Assembly (NCBI GenBank): GCA_964106645.2
Contig: OZ067045.1
Strand: one strand, 5' to 3'
Source of the DNA: Podarcis pityusensis
Taxonomy: Eukaryota
DNA length: 64,000 nt
Positions 1-23,411 of this stretch are shown piece by piece. Position numbers and translations under genes: made by a program. A model generated the notes under the pieces. That model was not told the DNA's origin, made no database searches, and saw only the letters and a list, made by a program, of their open reading frames with translations. Within the stretch, counting starts at the first letter, position 1; each line of letters starts with the position of its first letter.

Positions 1-665
1 GATGGCTTACATAAAAATGCAGTAAGATTTAAAGCTACAATTAACTGCACCACCATTGCATATTTGGCAAGCACCCCCCCCCAAATCAAACCAGTTTCCA
101 AAAGCTACAACTCTTGCAAGTCTTTGCTGAGCCCTAAGTGGGGATGAGCTACTTTTGACTTCCCTCTGGCAATCAGGCCAGAAGGAATTGTGGCAAAACC
201 CCCACTCCTGGCTGCCAATGACTTTCCTTCATGTGTCAAGGATCAATAGAGCAAGGTTTGATCAGAAGACAGTCTTTATAGAGGCTGGTCCTGGGCTGCC
301 ATTGCTTTAAAGGGTGATTTTAACCTGAAGTACCAGCACCGCGAATTGGGCCCAGAAGAACTCAGGCAGCCCCTAGAACTAATGCAGCCTTGTCCTTCAT
401 TCATTAAGTCAACAGCAGCAGCCTGCACTTGTAGTGTAAGCTCCCACATCATTTTCAGAGGCAACCCCCATGCAAAATACATTGCAGCAGTCAGTCCTCA
501 AGAGTTACAGAACTATGTAAAAATCCCTCTATCCCCACCAAACAAGAACCCCTGGGTAAGTCCACCACCTCCATTGGTGGCTCTTGGACACACAGAACTG
601 ACAGGTCCTAAGGCTCAGAACAACTGTTTGGGGATACAGGAACAACAGACAAGGTCAGCACTCAC

Positions 666-11451
<10,786 letters not shown>

Positions 11452-12141
11452 TTAAGTTTTTAAAACAGTACCCCATGAGAAACCGTAGAGAGAGGCTGGT
11501 AGGGTCTCCAAGCTGGCATTGGTTATACTGACAGAACTCTCTATGGTTCAATCCACGTTATTTATCCCAAGTCAGCCATCTCTGCCACAGCTGGGACTCC
11601 AGAATACTTCAGCCTCAAAAAGTCTGTCTTCCCTGCCAAGTGGCTTAAGATATCTGTAGTAAGGAAAGAGATATGGCTCTGTTGCCAAGGTATGTAATGA
11701 TGTATTCGCTGCAGCTCTGTCTCCACTACTGCATGGTGGAATGGGTGGCAGACTAAGGCTGGTGATAAACTGACTGCATGTGCTCTTTACAACAAACACA
11801 GCTCACCGCTCATGGCAAACCCAAGAAACTGTTTCTTTCTTCCTGTGGCTGGTCCCTAATCACCAGGAATTTCTGCCTAAATTTGCATACCAGCACAGAT
11901 AGGAGCCTCCTCCCTCCTTCTGCCATCCCCAAATAAGGCAAAAGTCCTAGATTAATCAGCGACCCTACACAACTTTCCTGAGCCTTGGTTTAAGCCCTGC
12001 TTGTGAAAACAAACCTGAGATTGAAGCAAACCAAATAATGCAGCCATAAAAGCATCTGAATCTGCCGGCCCCAAGGTGAAGGCTTATTTATAGGATCTAG
12101 CAAACCACAGGAACACCTCTGGCTCAAACCCAAATATTCTA

Positions 12142-12402
12142 CAGTGGTGCCTCGCAAGACAAAATTAATTCGTTCTGCGAGTTTCTTCGTCTTGCAAATT
12201 TTTCGTCTTGCGAAGCACGGTTTCCCATAGGGTATTAACGGTTTTAAGAAAAAGGAAACAAACTTGCAAGACGTTTTCGTTTTTCGTCTTGCGAAGCAAG
12301 CCCATAGGGAAATTCGTCTTGCGAAGCAACTCAAAAAATGAAAAACTCTTTTGTCTGTGCGTTTTTCGTCTTGCGAGGCATTCGTCTTGCGAGGTACCAC
12401 TG
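12142..12402. mobile_element. Tc1/mariner (Tigger/pogo-type) MITE
   Basis: TIRs CAGTGGTGCCTCGCAAGAC / GTCTTGCGAGGTACCACTG, TA target duplication, internal TTCGTCTTGCGA repeats. Confidence 0.88.
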
Positions 12403-12644
12403 TACTTCACTCTGGATTTGCTTTTCAACTAAAGGAAACTCCCATTATATTTCAAAGCAGCCTTTGGCCCCAATGCATGGGTCACTCTCTGCTACCCTGG
12501 TCTGTTTATCTGACAAACAAACTGAAATAAATTATCCACAAGTCAGGAGGAAAAAGTATTATTTTCAAGGCCCAGCATACACTACTGCATAATACTAATA
12601 TGTACATTACTTTTATGAATGAGAATGGTCATTCTGATATTGTA

Positions 12645-12889
12645 CAGTTGTACCTTGGTTCTCAAATGCCTTGTGACTCAAACGTTTTGGCTCCCGAACA
12701 CGCAAATACAGAAGTGTTCCAATTTACAAACTTTTTTGGAAGCCAAACATCCAGTGCGGCTTATGAGGCTTCCAACTGAGTGCAGGAAGCTCCTGCAGCC
12801 AATCAGAAGCCATGCCTCAGTTTTTGAACGTTTTTGGAAGTCAAACGGACTTCCGGAACGGATTCTGTTCGAGAACCAAGGTACGACTG
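12645..12889. mobile_element. Tc1/mariner (Tigger-type) MITE
   Basis: TIRs CAGTTGTACCTTGGTTCTC / GAGAACCAAGGTACGACTG flanked by TA. Confidence 0.88.
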
Positions 12890-15218
12890 TATTGTTCTTT
12901 GGAATTTAAAATGCATGTGTCTGTAAATACATCTCATACACAGTAAATCATATCTAAGTTTACTGTTACCATGATGTAATAATACTTACAGAGTGGACAC
13001 ATTTTTAGACCAGTCAAACATGCAAAACTAAGTTTCAATTAGCACAGCTAAACATGAGCAAGAAAGTGTCATTAACATTGTGAAGACAATTTTCATGCTG
13101 ACGTGACATCTTACTCCTGAGGACCTGATGGAGACAATCAGGGTTTCATTCAAGTCCTTTTCGTCCAGACAGCTCTGCCCCTTTCAGGCTCTTCATTATG
13201 GCTGTTTCTCAGGCCTTTTCAAAGCAAGGACAGCAGAGCCTGAGTGGGACAGTTCCAGAGGGGTGGGACATCCCCTCCCCCACTTTCCCAGTACAGTCTT
13301 AAGCAGACTACTTCCAGTATACTCCCAGCCCAGTGGTTGACTAAAAACTGAGCCCAGCACTCAATGGACACCAGCACTGCTGCTGCTTCTCACATGTGAC
13401 CGAACCCAGAGCTGATTCCAAATGCACTTGCAGGCCCAACGGGTAGCCACTGAGCCCAAACGATGAAACCCAGGAAAAGTCTATGCTGTTATTTAAAACC
13501 GTGGGAAGAAGCTAGGTAGCCCAACTCAAGGCCTCTTCTAAAGGTGCTTCATCAGTACAAGTCACATTACAGTGGGCTGTGGCTCTCTTTTAGTTGAGCA
13601 TTCAAACTGTGACTACACCAATCCATTCAGAGATTACACTTGTTAAGGGTTGTGCAATAAATAACGGACAGAAATTCTAAACTACGCAGCTCTAGACTGA
13701 GCACTCAGCATCTGTAGATGCCTACATTTTTGACTGATGCATTTCATAAAAACTACAAAATGTGGTTAGATGTTCAACAAGCTACAGAAACCACTGCAAG
13801 TTCTCTCTTATTGCTTGTGAAATCCACTTGTGCCAGCCCATTGGTTTCCCAAGCTGATTTTGTAAGGGCCTCCTCACATCCACCTTCAAAAGAAGGTGGC
13901 TGTCAAGTAGGAAAAACAAAAGAAGGACACATGCCTTTCAGGTCATGCTGCTGCTGCTAGCTACAGAGCTGGAAGGGGACCTCACAAACATCCTAGTACA
14001 ACCTCTTGCAGATGGATGGAGGACACCTATTACTACACACACCAGCCCCAGAAGGTTTTAAAACAGAAGCTGGATGGCCACCATCTTCCAAGGTATTCTG
14101 AACTGCATCTGTTTGGTAGGCTGAACAGTCCTACCTTCAAGGAGACTGTAGTCAGCAGTTGGGGAAAGACATGGTCTCTGATGAACCTTTCACTTATGAA
14201 GACAGCCCTGTATCAGGAAGTTTTTTATGCTTGACATCTTATGTTTTTTTAAGCGCTGGAAACCCAGCCGGATGGGTGGGGCATTATTATTATTTGAAAA
14301 CTTCAGCATTAATTTTTTCCCTTTAACATTGATTTCCCACTTTTCCATCCCAAAACAAAATGTTCAAACCACTGAACCACCATCATAAATCCTAATAACA
14401 ATAAAACAGCACAACTCACTCTAATGCAGCAGCAATATAAAAATCCAAGGCACACACAGAAGAAAAAATCTGAAAAATGCATGGCTCAAGCCATATCGTT
14501 CTGACCTTTTGCCTGAAGAGAAAAAGGAGGCCATCGGCTGAGTCCATGGAGAAGAGTCTCATAACCAGGGAGCCTCCACCATCACCAAGAAAGCCTAACC
14601 GCATACGTCCACATGCCATAGGTGGAGCCCAGAGCAGGGCTTCCCTTCAGCAGCATCTGCAGCAAGCAGGCAGTCACCTACAGATGAACTGATTCCATGG
14701 AGTTCCAAACCATCCAGGTAGGGACTGACTCTAGGTCAAGTTTTCTTGAACTCTAATAATGTGCTCTCAAGCCCATTCTTGGGATCAAATGGCTGTTTTC
14801 ATTCCTGCTAGCAGAAATAGTTCCCCTATCCCGGTCTTGTTTACTGGGTGATTTTACATTTATCCAACCAACCTCATTCTATTAACTATATTTCTGGACT
14901 TTGCTTCCAAATCAACATGCAAAAATGATTCCCCTTCTTCAAAAGCCTCCCTTTCTGCTACTGAGAACAAACATGCTTCCCAAGACACTCCTCTAACACT
15001 GCCCCCCGCAACACAATATGAAATCGACAAGAAGTCTGCAGCCTCCCTTCACAGATGGGTCCATGTGCTGGTTGAAAGCAGAGGACTCTGTTCAGGCAGA
15101 GAGATCTCATCAGAGCTCTCTATAGCCACCAGTCTCCAAACTGGAGGCTTCTCATTAAGGGAATATTTACGGTTATATATTCTTTCATTCCACAATTTAC
15201 ATTTACCACCAACATAGG

Positions 15219-15403
15219 GACATAGTAAGTTGCCTTCTGTTTGTGTCAGACCACTGGTCCATCAAGCTCAGGACGGTCCACACTGACTAGCAGTTGTTCT
15301 CCAGGCTTTCAGGTAGGGGGTCTCTCCCAGCCCTACCTGGAGATTGACCCTGGTACCTTCTACTTGCAAAGCTGGTGCTCCACTACTGAGCCGAATTCCT
15401 TCC
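15219..15403 (-). mobile_element. Squam3-like SINE
   Basis: Reverse complement has a tRNA-like head (GGCTCAGTAGTGGAGCACCAGCTTTGCAAGTAGAAGG) and a Squam3-type body and tail. Confidence 0.7.
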
Positions 15404-18229
15404 CCATGCCATTATTCCTTCATGCATGTTATTAGATGATTTATGTCCCTCCACAGAGTATCTAAGGTGGTTTATGGAAAATAAACCACAGCACAAACTG
15501 CAGGTGTTGCAGGATAATGGAGATTGACCAGACTTCCAGGTCTGATCTTCTGGCGACAGAGAAGCAGAATTATTTCCCTTCTCCCAAGTGCTAACCAGGG
15601 TAGACCCATGCCTGCTAGAGAGTCTTGTTCCATCTCGTGCCTTCCAACCCACTTACTGCCAAATCTGTGTGGATTCCTTAGGAAAGGAAGCTGTTGCCAT
15701 CATTACACAGGAGGATCCTGGTGGATCAGAGCAAGCACACGACCCACAGTGAGCCAGCTCCTTCCATGTTTCATGAGCCAGCTTGAGTTTCCATCCAAAG
15801 CTCCCAGTTAAGAAGGAGGCTCTCAGGCTGCTTCTAGGATCCAGAAGTACTCATGATCTAACTTCTACTAAGACGCTTTGGAAGAGCTTCTTAGTGAATC
15901 ACAACCTTCCAGAGTAGCCAACATACCACAAGTGCCTTTATTAAGTCTATGACATTTTAAAAATAATTTCTGGTAAACAGATGTTTAGTAAGAAATGCTC
16001 TGATAGCTATCTGTCTAATGTGGCATTCACTCACCAGGATGGAATTTCTTGTTGCCTATGACTACCAGGTGAGTTGTTACATGCAAGGCTGTCCTAAAGC
16101 TCATCTTGCTATACTAAAGTTGACCCCACCTCTCTTCAGGTACTCCAAGGTATGAGTCACAAGATAAACCAAATATAAGAACTCTTTCAAAGTAGCAACA
16201 CTCTTAACGGAACTTTCACAATTAGGGTGGGCCCTGATACATAGCAGGATGAAGCAGCGCACTTCAGGCAGCATAATGGAGGTGGCCAAAGCTAGACGGA
16301 AGCTGTACTGCTGTTTGAATGGTACAGGGTTAGCCCTGCAGAACAGAAATTTGAAATCTACCTCAGGCAGCAAGAGGTCTCAAGACAGCATTGTTCAGAT
16401 TACAAACAGTTTCTGATTGCAGGTCCCAAAAAAACTCTCAGAAGATGCCCAAGCTGAAGAAAAAATAAAAAACAGGTCTTTGGTTCAAAAATACCCACAA
16501 CTACTCCTAAAATCCAACTCTGCCATAAGATGATCAACATGCAAGCCAACACACAAAGTAAAGTTTATTAACTATGTTTGGGAGGAGAGACACAGAACGC
16601 AATTCACCACCTCAATGCAGGTACACCCTGAATTAACAGCCAGACATTGTTAACAAAAACAGTGACAGTGCAACCATACTGCTGGAAAGAAAGTGTACTA
16701 CCAATGCAAAAACATCCAGAATAAGCTCACAGCAGTGTTAGAAACTATGATATGTAAGTTAAGTGCCAAACGGCTCCTTAAACCAAGGTTAGTCACCAAA
16801 ACGGAATATCTAGTTGCCATTTGAGGGTAAGATGGCTCTAAAGTCTTATTTTTCAAATGATGGACTAACTGTGATTGATTATCAGTGAAACACCTGGCTA
16901 GTTCAGATGACTACCTTGAACTAGGTTAAGAACTTTGAGAACTTAAAGAAGAAAAGTCACTTGATGCAGGGACAGTCCACATACATATTGGCCTATTCCT
17001 ACATCTTTTTCTTAATGGTGACACTGACCATTCATAACTTAGGAATGTTCTTCACAACTGTGACAAGGTCAGTGGGGTGGGGTAAGTGAAGACAAACTAC
17101 AATAATTAACTAACGTTGCTCCTGCTCAGGCTGCACAGTAAAAGCATTTTGGTTCCTGAAATTCATTCTGATTGTGCAGATAAAATATAACTCATGGTTG
17201 CGAGTGGTCAATAGTCAGGTGCAAAATGCACCTGGCTAATTTTGGACACTTGCCCATAGCCAACAGAAATTCAACAAAGGTAAAGACCACTGTATTCAGA
17301 CAAAAGACAAGCATACTCCATCTGCAATACTATTTAAAAGCAAATCTTCCATCTCATGATATATCTTTGAACTACACCAAACTTAGTCAATGTAACAATT
17401 TTGCCCAATTGTCACAATTTCTTTCAAGAGACACAGAGGATTTTCAGCATACACTAGTTAGACATTTTATAAAAGAGAGGCCCTCTGTCAGACAGGTTCT
17501 GTTAATCATTAGTTATAAGGTAGCACCATCATTCCACATGATGTTTTGCAGAGAATCACATCAATATGAGCTTACAGTTTCTAAATTTTAAATGGCAGAT
17601 GAAGGAGAAATGTGAGCAAATACTCCATGTTGCAACAATGAAGGTGAAACCAAAGGCATTAAACAACAGGCTTCAAAGTGAAAATGTGTTTTGAGGAAGT
17701 GTTTGAAGAGAAGAGAAAGAGATTGTCACAAAGGGTTTCTTACAAGGAGTTCCAGTCTAGGGGACAGAAAACTGGGCAATCAAGCTGAAGCAACTAAGGA
17801 TATGGGCAGGAATATCCATATTAAAATAAAGTTAAGTTTCAGAAGGTCTGCAGATGTTGAGTAACCCTCTTCCAACTGTTACTCATCTACAAGAGTACTG
17901 CTAGATAACTCCTTCACAATCATTAACCTCAGCAGGAAAGCAGCTTATCTCATTTGTAAGACCCTTAGAAATTCTTACAATGAAATGGAATAAAACTTTG
18001 GTTAAATAAAAATAAACAAATATTTCCCTCTCAACAGGAGGGCAAAAAAAGGGAACTGCAATGGCTTCTTCAGGTCAAGTTGACAGGTGAGCCAGCTGGC
18101 TGGACTGCCCTCTCACTTCCCCGCACCCACCCGTGGTCTTGGCCTTTCCTTTCCCCAGCGCTCACTGAACAGGCATTCTTTGCAAAGCGCTGGAATCCAC
18201 ATCCAACAGCCTTGAGCCTTTTCCTAGTG

Positions 18230-19560
18230 TCGACCCTGCCGTAATCGGGAGTGACTCTCAGTCTCTCTCCCCGACGAGGTGTTCCTAAGCCCCTTGCTCA
18301 CAAGGCCTGTCAAGGGGCGAGGCAAGTCTCTTTCTTCAGGCCTCGGATAGGAGCCGATCCGATCGTCGGAAGCCCGGGCGAGCTGTACGGGGGTGAACTC
18401 CGGCGCGGCGCGCGGAGAAGACTCTCCTCGTCTATAACAGAAGAGGCCACAGGCACTTCCGCCGACAGCAGAGACAGAACTGGCCGGGCGAAGAGAAAAA
18501 CGCCTCGAATAGCGGGAGGGAAGTCATGGGCTAAGGAGCACCGCCTAGGCTGGCCTTTGCTCGGCGGCGCGGAGAAGGGAAGCGGACGGAGAAACAGCCA
18601 CCTCCTGCCCGGGTGGGTGAAGGGCCGCTCCGGCAGGGGCAGCAGCCCCGCCAGGCCTCACGAGCCAGCTGGCAAGTCAGACGGCAGCAACCCTCGCGGA
18701 ACACGGCAGCGCGCTCCCTTCTTGCTCTAGGAACCGGCGCCTCTCCCCTTAGCCAGCCGACCCACCCACCGACCGGAAAGCGGCCGGGCCCTCGGCGGCA
18801 AGGCTCAGTCAGTCCCGGGAGGCGGGGCGGGAGGCGGCGGCGGCTGGGCCTTGCCCCGGGCAGCGGCGGCGGGCCTAGGATCCTACTGCCGATGTAGAAG
18901 CAGCAGCAGCAACACCTACCCTGCCTGGCAGCGCCTCCTCTCTCCCCGCGCGGCACTCACCGGGCCGGATCCCTACGGCGAAGGTGGCGGCGGCAGTAGC
19001 TAGAGCCTGGCATCCAAAATGGCGGCGGCGCGGCCTCAGCACCGATACCGCAGGCGGAGGAATCTGGAGACCGGGACTCACTGACTGCCCTCTCTCAGAG
19101 CACGGCGCGGCGATAGCCTGCTGCATCCATTAACGTTGCTGCGTCCTCCGTCGCCGCCGGCCGGCGTGTTTCGTGGCCAGACAATGCTCGGCGCTTGGAA
19201 CCGCGGTAACTGGCCCCAGAACTCGTTTCCTCCGCGGAAGTATCTGTAGCGGTGTCACACGATTAGCGGTGAGACTGCGCCGTGGCAGGTAGTGATGACG
19301 TCAGACGCCTGCCTAGTCACCGCTGCGGCTGTGCTCACGACATGCGTCCGGCTGGGTCGTATTGGCGAACTTTGAAGTTCCGTTCTGGATACGGAACTTG
19401 CCCACAGCCCAAGAAGCGAAGCCCCTGCCCGTCCTTCGAGGAAAAAACCAGCTGTCAGGGCGACTGAAGCGTCTTCGCCAATTGCGAATTGCCGGGGGCT
19501 AGCCTGACAGTAGAGGGGCCAAGTCCGTACAGAGCACGTGCTTTCCTAGCAAGCTCAATC
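18230..19560. promoter_or_regulatory. CpG island / AP1G1 promoter
   Basis: High GC and CpG content. YY1 motif CAAAATGGCGGC (~19015-19026), palindromic CRE TGACGTCA (19296-19303), ETS CGGAAG cores. Confidence 0.8.
18961..19130 (-). other. AP1G1: AP1G1 non-coding exon 1 (5' end approximate)
   Basis: Donor GTGAGT begins at 18960 on the minus strand, inside a CpG island. The start-codon exon has its own acceptor 3 nt upstream of the ATG (11391). Confidence 0.75.
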
Positions 19561-19961
19561 TTAAGCAAGTTTACTCGGAAATATATCCCAGTGCTTTGGA
19601 CATACACAGGACTGCAGGCTTTGCACGGAGCTCCAGTGTCCCGTTTCTGAGGCCGCAGAGAGACGAAGAAGCTTGCTGGCAAGCGCCTTGTTTGAACGTG
19701 GAGAGCCTCCCGGCTCAACCTCCTCTGATTTGCGTGAAACAGTTTTCGCTAATGTGGCCGATACATCCATTTCAGCTCAGGCCTCTCTTAGGGCTCTACA
19801 GTTCCGCGGCTACTTTTAAGGTTTGGGGGCTAGAAAGCCTCGCCACGGAATATATATTGGTCACTTCAATCGTTATCTCTGATAGTCAACGTCGGCGGCT
19901 TTTTGCACTGCTTCCGCCTTCCATTAGGGCATCTGGCTAATCGCTGGGAAACAGATGGGGA

Positions 19962-20145
19962 TATTGTAGGAAGCTGTCTTAAATTGAGTCAGTCTCTTGG
20001 CCCACCTAGCTCAGTATTGCTTACACTGGTGGTCAACAGCTTTTCACAGTTTTAGGCAGGATTCATCACTCTGGCCTACCTGAAAGTGCCTGCCAGGAGT
20101 TTAAGTCTGGTCCTGTCTGCACGCAAAAGCACATGCAGCCCTTCC
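19962..20145 (-). mobile_element. Squam3-like SINE (degraded)
   Basis: taggaagctgtctt...tcttggcccacctagctcagtattg..., similar to the 15219-15403 copy. Confidence 0.6.
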
Positions 20146-20899
20146 CTCCCCTCCTCCGCTTAGTTTGATCTAACGGACAAGCAGAGCTCTTCCTAGGATC
20201 TCGCCAGACAGCGGCTTTTTTTTTTTAGTTGCAAATCGATGGGCGACAGAAGCCCCACTGAGAGCATTCCTCTCTTTCTCACAGACACAAAGGAAAAATA
20301 ATTAATCAACTCAACATCGAGTGACAGCTCTATCCCATCCCATCTACATAGCACCAGCAAGCTGTTCCTGTCCTGGCCAGTAAAAGGCCAAGGCCACTTT
20401 TATGCTTGAAGGTTGGAAAGTGCTCCGAGAATTGTTGCCCTTGTAAAAGGAACTCGTGCCGTGCAGAGTCTGTGACTGAAGCGGCCTGGCTCTTTGCGGT
20501 TTTGGAAACACTTACTGGCTGCCTACCCACACAGAGACCGGTTCCTTGCCAGGATAGCGTGAGGCTCCTATTAAAGGTCTCTCCTCTCTGCTTCCCCTTC
20601 CTTGATTTGCTTAGCGTGAATTTGACTGTGGCCATAATTTACGCATCTTCCTGGTTTAAGGCCTGGAATAGCCAGCCGAGAAGCAGCGCCAGCTTACTCG
20701 TTCCTTTCCAATCCCAGTTTGATACCAGCAAACCCCGTGGGGGCGCTTCGGTTTTCCTGCCGCAAAGGCACGAGGCTGGCGGCTTCATCATCTTAATAAA
20801 GACGCACACCACACAGTGGAGAGACCGCTTCAAGTGCACAAGCATCGCTTATTATTTCTCAAGCCAGACCTCAGCAGTCCTTACAACAACCCTACAGGT

Positions 20900-21346
20900 A
20901 GACCAGTTATGGCTCGACGGAGTAGAGCTCGCGGGGATGCCGGGGCGCGACGTCACGTGCAGAGGGGAAGGGCAGGTGCGTTTGTCGCTATAGCGATGCC
21001 GCCGCCGCCGCTTCCTCGGCTGTCGTTATGGCAACCTCAGGCGGCGATCACGTCATCGCTGTGCGCTGTGCGCGCGCCGTCCTAACGTCATGAGTCTCGG
21101 CAGTTCCGGCGCGCCGTGCAAGGCGGCGGCAGCGGCGGCGGCGGAGAAGAAAGAGGGCGGGGTCAGGCCCGGGGTGGCTGCGGAGTCGGCGGGCAGAGGG
21201 ATGGCACTCAGCCGTGGAGGCGGCGGCGGTGGCGGCGGGTAAGCGACAGGAGTGTCCGGGGCTCCCTTCCCCCCCGCCGGGCGGAAGCCGCCCGCCTGCC
21301 CCCCCCCACCCGGCTGACCCCTGTGCTCTTCTCTGTGTCTTTGCAG
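20900..21346 (+). promoter_or_regulatory. CpG island, ATXN1L promoter, 5'UTR exon and short intron (21239-21346)
   Basis: GACGTCACGTG (CRE/E-box, 20949-20959) and two RFX X-box-like palindromes (20984-20997, 21022-21035). Donor GTAAGC at 21239; pyrimidine tract plus CAG acceptor at 21346. Confidence 0.75.
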
Positions 21347-21425
21347 GTGATCCCGCCCGGAGACCCCCTTGAGGAGGAGGAGGCGACAGCAGCGGCCCAC
21401 CTTGCAGCTTCCCGAAGCGAGCGCC

Positions 21426-23411
21426 ATGAGAGCGGCTCAGGAACGGGGCCAGGAATTCCTCCCCCCCAAGAAGCGCGACCTGCCGGTGGCTGCCAACAAC
21501 GAAGAGCCGGGGCGGGCGGCTGAGTCGGGTCTGGTGGGCGGTGGCGGCAGCGAGACCTCTGTGGAATGGTCCCGGGGCTCAGCAACAGGCAGGCAGAGCC
21601 AGGCACCTTCACGTTACACGGAGGCTGGTGGCAGCTCCGACACAGTGACCAGTCTTACCGTGGACCAGTACGGCTTATTGTACAAAGTGGCGATGCCCCC
21701 GGCCACCTTCTCACCCGTGGTGAATGTCAGCCCGCTGCCTCCAGCCTTCAGTATGACCTCGCAGCTGATCCCGCACCCTGGTATCCCCTACTCGCCTATC
21801 CATTACACTCAACTTCCTCCTGCTCCCTTGCAGTTTGTGGGATCACACTACTCTGTACCCTATGCCGCCGCTGTGCCTCCTGGCTTCCTGCCCAGCCACC
21901 TTCTGTCCTCTTCAGCCAGCCTTGCTGCCTCTCATATCCCACACTTTGTGCCCTATGCACCTCTCCTGGCTGAAGACTCTGCTCCTTCTCCACAGGCAGC
22001 CCACAGCTTTGGCAAGACCAGTGCCTCAGTTTTGCCTTCAGGCTCTCTGCAGCCCCACGTTGGAGGTCAGCCACTGGATGTTACACAGGGCCGAATTCCA
22101 GTCTATTATCAGATGTCCCGTCTGCCAGCAGGCTATTCATCATTTGAAGCTTCTGTTGCTGGCCCAAACACTGAGCAGTCTCTGCAGGAGAATCAGCTAG
22201 ATCCTAAAGTCACAGCAAATGGGGTGCAAAGGTCTGCCGTAGGGGCAAAGGAAAGTGAGGCTGAAGGGCAGTGGCCAAGGACAACGGTAGAGTGCAGCAC
22301 TGAAGGTACCTTCTTGACAAGCAGTCAGATTTTGAGAACAGAGATCTCTGTGCCATCTCAGCGGAGCACCCCAGATACAGACCTGGAGGTGCAGAGGGTG
22401 GTTGGAGTGCTTGCTTCCCAGGACTACCCTGTTTGTTCTGCTCAGCAGAAGGATGGCTTGAGCCCTCTAAACCTTTCCCATCGTAATCCCCCTGAGCAGA
22501 AGGCAGAGTCAATGAGGAACCCAGTGGAACTTGTGATGGCTGCTACTGCTGAGAAAAGCCACTTTCGGAGACTGTCGCCAAAGTCCCCTGAGGAGCAGCT
22601 CTGCCATCGGCAAATACTGAAAGGCATTACAATGGCCAATGGTCGGCCAGTCTCAGGGTCCCTACATCCTGGGGCTCAGGATGGCCTGGGAGGTGCAAGT
22701 CCTGAGGGAACAGCCCATGAGGGACTACCTGACACGGAATGTGCCCATTCCCAGAGCCACTTACCCTCCCACTTCATGAAAGGAGCCATCATCCAGCTGG
22801 CCACAGGAGAGCTAAAGAGGGTGGAGGACCTGCAGACCCAGGACTTTGTGCGCAGTGCAGAGGTGAGTGGTGGCCTCAAGATTGACTCCAGCACTGTGGT
22901 GGACATCCAAGAGAGTCCCTGGCAGGGTTTCGTCACACTGCATTTTGTGGTGGGGGAGCAGCAGAGCAAAGTGAGCATCGATGTGCCCCCTGAGCACCCT
23001 TTCTTTGTGTATGGACAGGGCTGGTCCTCATGCAGTCCAGAGAGGACGAATCGGCTCTTCTCACTCTCCTGCCACAGGCTGCAGGTGGGAGATGTTTGCA
23101 TCTCCATCAGTTTACAGAGTCTGAATGGGAGGCTTGTGCCCCAGGCAAGCCCCCAGAGTGCTACCCGAGAGAGACCTGGGCGGGGTGGGGAGAGTCTCCA
23201 GGAGCTGCAGAAAAACCCATTGGAGAAGGGTGGGGTGGCAGTGGGCTCCCCCCAGGAATCCACCCACCATGATCCTGTTTCTCTGCATGGTTGGGCAGGC
23301 CCCAGCTTCCAAAGGTCTGGGGAGGAGCCCCGGCCACCACTCCTCCGCCCTTCATTCATTCCCCAGGAGGTCAAGTTGTCCATCGAGGGCCGTTCAAATG
23401 CAGGGAAGTGA
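21426..23411 (+). CDS. ATXN1L: Ataxin-1-like (661 aa, single coding exon), copy 1
   Basis: N-terminus MRAAQERGQEFLPPKKRDLP, STPDTDLEVQ motif, AXH domain (HLPSHFMKGAIIQLATGELKRVEDLQTQDF...), C-terminus RPSFIPQEVKLSIEGRSNAGK. True ATG is 21426; the ORF track starts at an upstream TTG. Confidence 0.97.
   Translation: MRAAQERGQEFLPPKKRDLPVAANNEEPGRAAESGLVGGGGSETSVEWSRGSATGRQSQAPSRYTEAGGSSDTVTSLTVDQYGLLYKVAMPPATFSPVVNVSPLPPAFSMTSQLIPHPGIPYSPIHYTQLPPAPLQFVGSHYSVPYAAAVPPGFLPSHLLSSSASLAASHIPHFVPYAPLLAEDSAPSPQAAHSFGKTSASVLPSGSLQPHVGGQPLDVTQGRIPVYYQMSRLPAGYSSFEASVAGPNTEQSLQENQLDPKVTANGVQRSAVGAKESEAEGQWPRTTVECSTEGTFLTSSQILRTEISVPSQRSTPDTDLEVQRVVGVLASQDYPVCSAQQKDGLSPLNLSHRNPPEQKAESMRNPVELVMAATAEKSHFRRLSPKSPEEQLCHRQILKGITMANGRPVSGSLHPGAQDGLGGASPEGTAHEGLPDTECAHSQSHLPSHFMKGAIIQLATGELKRVEDLQTQDFVRSAEVSGGLKIDSSTVVDIQESPWQGFVTLHFVVGEQQSKVSIDVPPEHPFFVYGQGWSSCSPERTNRLFSLSCHRLQVGDVCISISLQSLNGRLVPQASPQSATRERPGRGGESLQELQKNPLEKGGVAVGSPQESTHHDPVSLHGWAGPSFQRSGEEPRPPLLRPSFIPQEVKLSIEGRSNAGK

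Noticed and set aside
12142-12402. Regularly recurring TTCGTCTTGCGA units resembling a CRISPR-like array
   Set aside because: They are internal repeats of a TA-flanked Tigger-type MITE with terminal inverted repeats.
21369-21425. ORF-track N-terminal extension of ATXN1L (MRRRRRQQ...)
   Set aside because: Starts at TTG; homology begins at ATG 21426.
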